Source of the DNA: Octopus sinensis
Taxonomy: Eukaryota
Assembly: GCF_006345805.1 (NCBI RefSeq)
Contig: NC_043005.1
Span: 35,526,001 to 35,590,000, forward strand
Reading direction: 5' to 3'
Length of the DNA: 64,000 nt
Shown here one piece after another: positions 61,922 to 64,000 of this stretch. Made by a program: the position numbers and the translations under genes. Within the stretch, counting starts at the first letter, position 1, and every line of letters begins with the position of its first letter. The notes under the pieces were generated by a model. It saw only the letters and a program-made list of their open reading frames with translations, made no database searches and was not told the origin of the DNA.

Positions 61922-62213
61922 ATCACGTGATCACGTGACCGACCAGACCATCAGATGTTGCTACACATCGCTGGTCACAATGCGTTCGCATTGTTTTAGC
62001 CTTCGAATGACGCCACCCCGCTGGCTAAGCGAGCAGGCCAACAGAAGAAAGAGTGTGAGAAAGAGTGGTGAACGGGATCACCACCCCCTGTCGGAGCTTC
62101 GTGGAGCTTTTAGGTGTTTTCGCTCAATAAACACTCACAACACCCGGTCTGGGAATCGAAACCGCGATCCTACGACCGCGAGTCCGCTGCCCTAACCACT
62201 AGGCCATTGCACC
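61922..62213 (-). mobile_element. tRNA-derived SINE, family C head with alternative tail
   Basis: About 190 nt shared with 21178, then a different 3' region ending GGTCACGTGATCACGTGATA. Confidence 0.9.
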
Positions 62214-62266
62214 TACACATACAATATATATATATATATATAATATATATATATATATGATATATG

Positions 62267-62297
<31 letters not shown>

Positions 62298-62970
62298 TGT
62301 ATATACACATACGTATATACATATACACATACATATTCACATACCTCTCTACGAATACATACTATATACATACGCGTGCCACTATATATATAGCTATTAC
62401 ACCTATAAATATATGTAGCTATATTTGTGTGTATACATAAATATATTTTTCAAAATCGTAGTAGATAAAGACTTTACTCTGCGCGATCGCTAGCTTATTT
62501 CCAGTAAACAGGAGTGGGCTAATAAAAATAAAACAGATAATTAAACACAAGAAAACATACAAAATATCTCCAAAGAAACGAAAACGAAATGCATTAAATG
62601 GAATGGAGATGTTCCAAGTGGCTTCATGGCGAAATTCAAATGACGAAAACAGGTGTCGGCCTTGAGACCTGGGTAGTTTCTTTGACTCAGAAAAGTAAGC
62701 TACTCGTGTGCGAGTGTATGATGAACACACACTTGTGTAAATATGTCTATGAATTACAAGTGTGAGTAAACATATGTGTGTGTCTATGTGTGTGTGTATG
62801 TATATGTGTATATGTATTTATGTAGGTATAGATTTATGTGTATATATATATATATTTATTTATTTATTTCTATATCTATATCTATATCTATTTATCTATT
62901 AATCTATAATTATATTGAATATACGTAACACACACCAATATATATATGTATATATAGATGTATGTATCAA

Positions 62971-63036
<66 letters not shown>

Positions 63037-63119
63037 CATACATAAAAATATACAAGCACATACGCATATAAATATGTATGTATATGTGTGTGTGTTTGTG
63101 TGTGTTGTATTTTTAATTG

Positions 63120-63230
63120 GCAGATGTTACAGACGTCCAAGAGTCGAGAATTTCGCGTATGATAAGGGTCACTATGAATAGCAGTGACCCGCACACAGTA
63201 CCCTGTGGAACACCACTCGGTATTTATGTT
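63120..63230 (-). mobile_element. LINE RT fragment
   Basis: The minus strand gives PSGVPQGTVCGSLLFIVT, the RT motif SGVPQGSVLGPLLF. Confidence 0.7.
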
Positions 63231-63331
63231 TGCTTGGAGGTGGCTCTATTGGCTGCCACCGCCTGACTTCTGTCTTTTAAAACACGTCACACTTGAGTCA
63301 CTTTGTAACACCTGTTATATCTATCTATCTA

Positions 63332-63394
<63 letters not shown>

Positions 63395-63475
63395 GTATAT
63401 ATATATATATATAATATATATATAGATATATATATGTATATATATATATAAATATATATATAGCTATATATATGA

Positions 63476-63527
<52 letters not shown>

Positions 63528-63589
63528 AGATAATATATATATATATATATACATACATATACATACATACATATATATAAATGTGTGGT

Positions 63590-64000
63590 ATATGTGTATA
63601 GGTACAAGCAAATGAAGAAACCAGCAGAGTCTTTTGTTACTACAACTGTAACCATGGAGGTTATAATAATTTATTACACCGGCAACGAAGATGTATTGTT
63701 GTCCATAGATGAGTTAGAAGGGAACTCAGTTGCTGACCTTGTTGGATTCTCATCAATCTTTCTCGAATGAGGGAAAACCACTGCAGCTTCTTTTTCAGTT
63801 TCCTTGCAAGTGGCAAACCCCATGGCAAATTTAATGAGGGAGTAATATGCCGTATCCATAAAAAAGAAAGCAGAACGGATGCTAAATGCTGAAGGCCTAT
63901 CTCTCTGACTTCATTCAACAGCAAAGTCATGGAACAAATAGGCAGAAGGAAAGCATTTGCATTTTTGGAAGAGAATGACCTACTAACCATGGTTTTCAAC
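63590..64000 (+). mobile_element. CR1-group LINE RT N-terminal remnant, running off the window
   Basis: EDVLLSIDELEGNSVADLVGF..IHKKESRTDAKC*RPISLTSFNSKVMEQI..FLEENDLL.HGF. Confidence 0.75.

Noticed and set aside
1-64000. CRISPR array, rRNA or prokaryotic operon
   Set aside because: There are no regularly spaced repeat-spacer units, no rRNA-like sequence and no dense gene packing. The DNA is clearly eukaryotic and repeat-rich.

Overview
This is AT-rich, microsatellite-dense eukaryotic DNA. The SINE families and repeat texture suggest an octopus (coleoid cephalopod) genome, which is inferred from pattern recognition and not from a search. I recognise no intact host gene and no rRNA, bona fide tRNA gene or CRISPR array. 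Nearly all ORFs in the supplied track are translated microsatellites. The window is a mosaic of decayed mobile elements: a pogo/POGK-like transposon (1.8-3.7 kb), four mariner remnants plus a mariner MITE, two DD37D/maT elements, a Chapaev3-like element, non-autonomous Helitrons, a young 5'-truncated R4/Dong RLE retrotransposon inside a (TAA)n tract (15.3-18.0 kb), CR1-like and Penelope-like RT remnants, and many tRNA-derived SINEs. The main result of the hunt is a set of hammerhead-ribozyme (HHR) folds in short Penelope-type terminal repeats embedded in (TA)n tracts. One (10975-11025, minus) is a complete minimal type I fold with a palindromic helix III whose core reads GUGAACA instead of CUGANGA, i.e. 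a compensatory G3:C8 swap of the C3:G8 tertiary pair. A second copy of that family (25.8-26.1 kb) is a foldback broken inside the ribozyme. A canonical-core HHR (33475-33544) lies in a unit flanked by 46-bp direct repeats. Ribozyme activity is inferred from sequence only. Other highlights are SINE/LINE tail sharing, a SINE inserted into its own family at a recurring site, modular SINE head/tail swapping and several long palindromes. A few weak exon candidates on the + strand may belong to a large host gene that I cannot identify.
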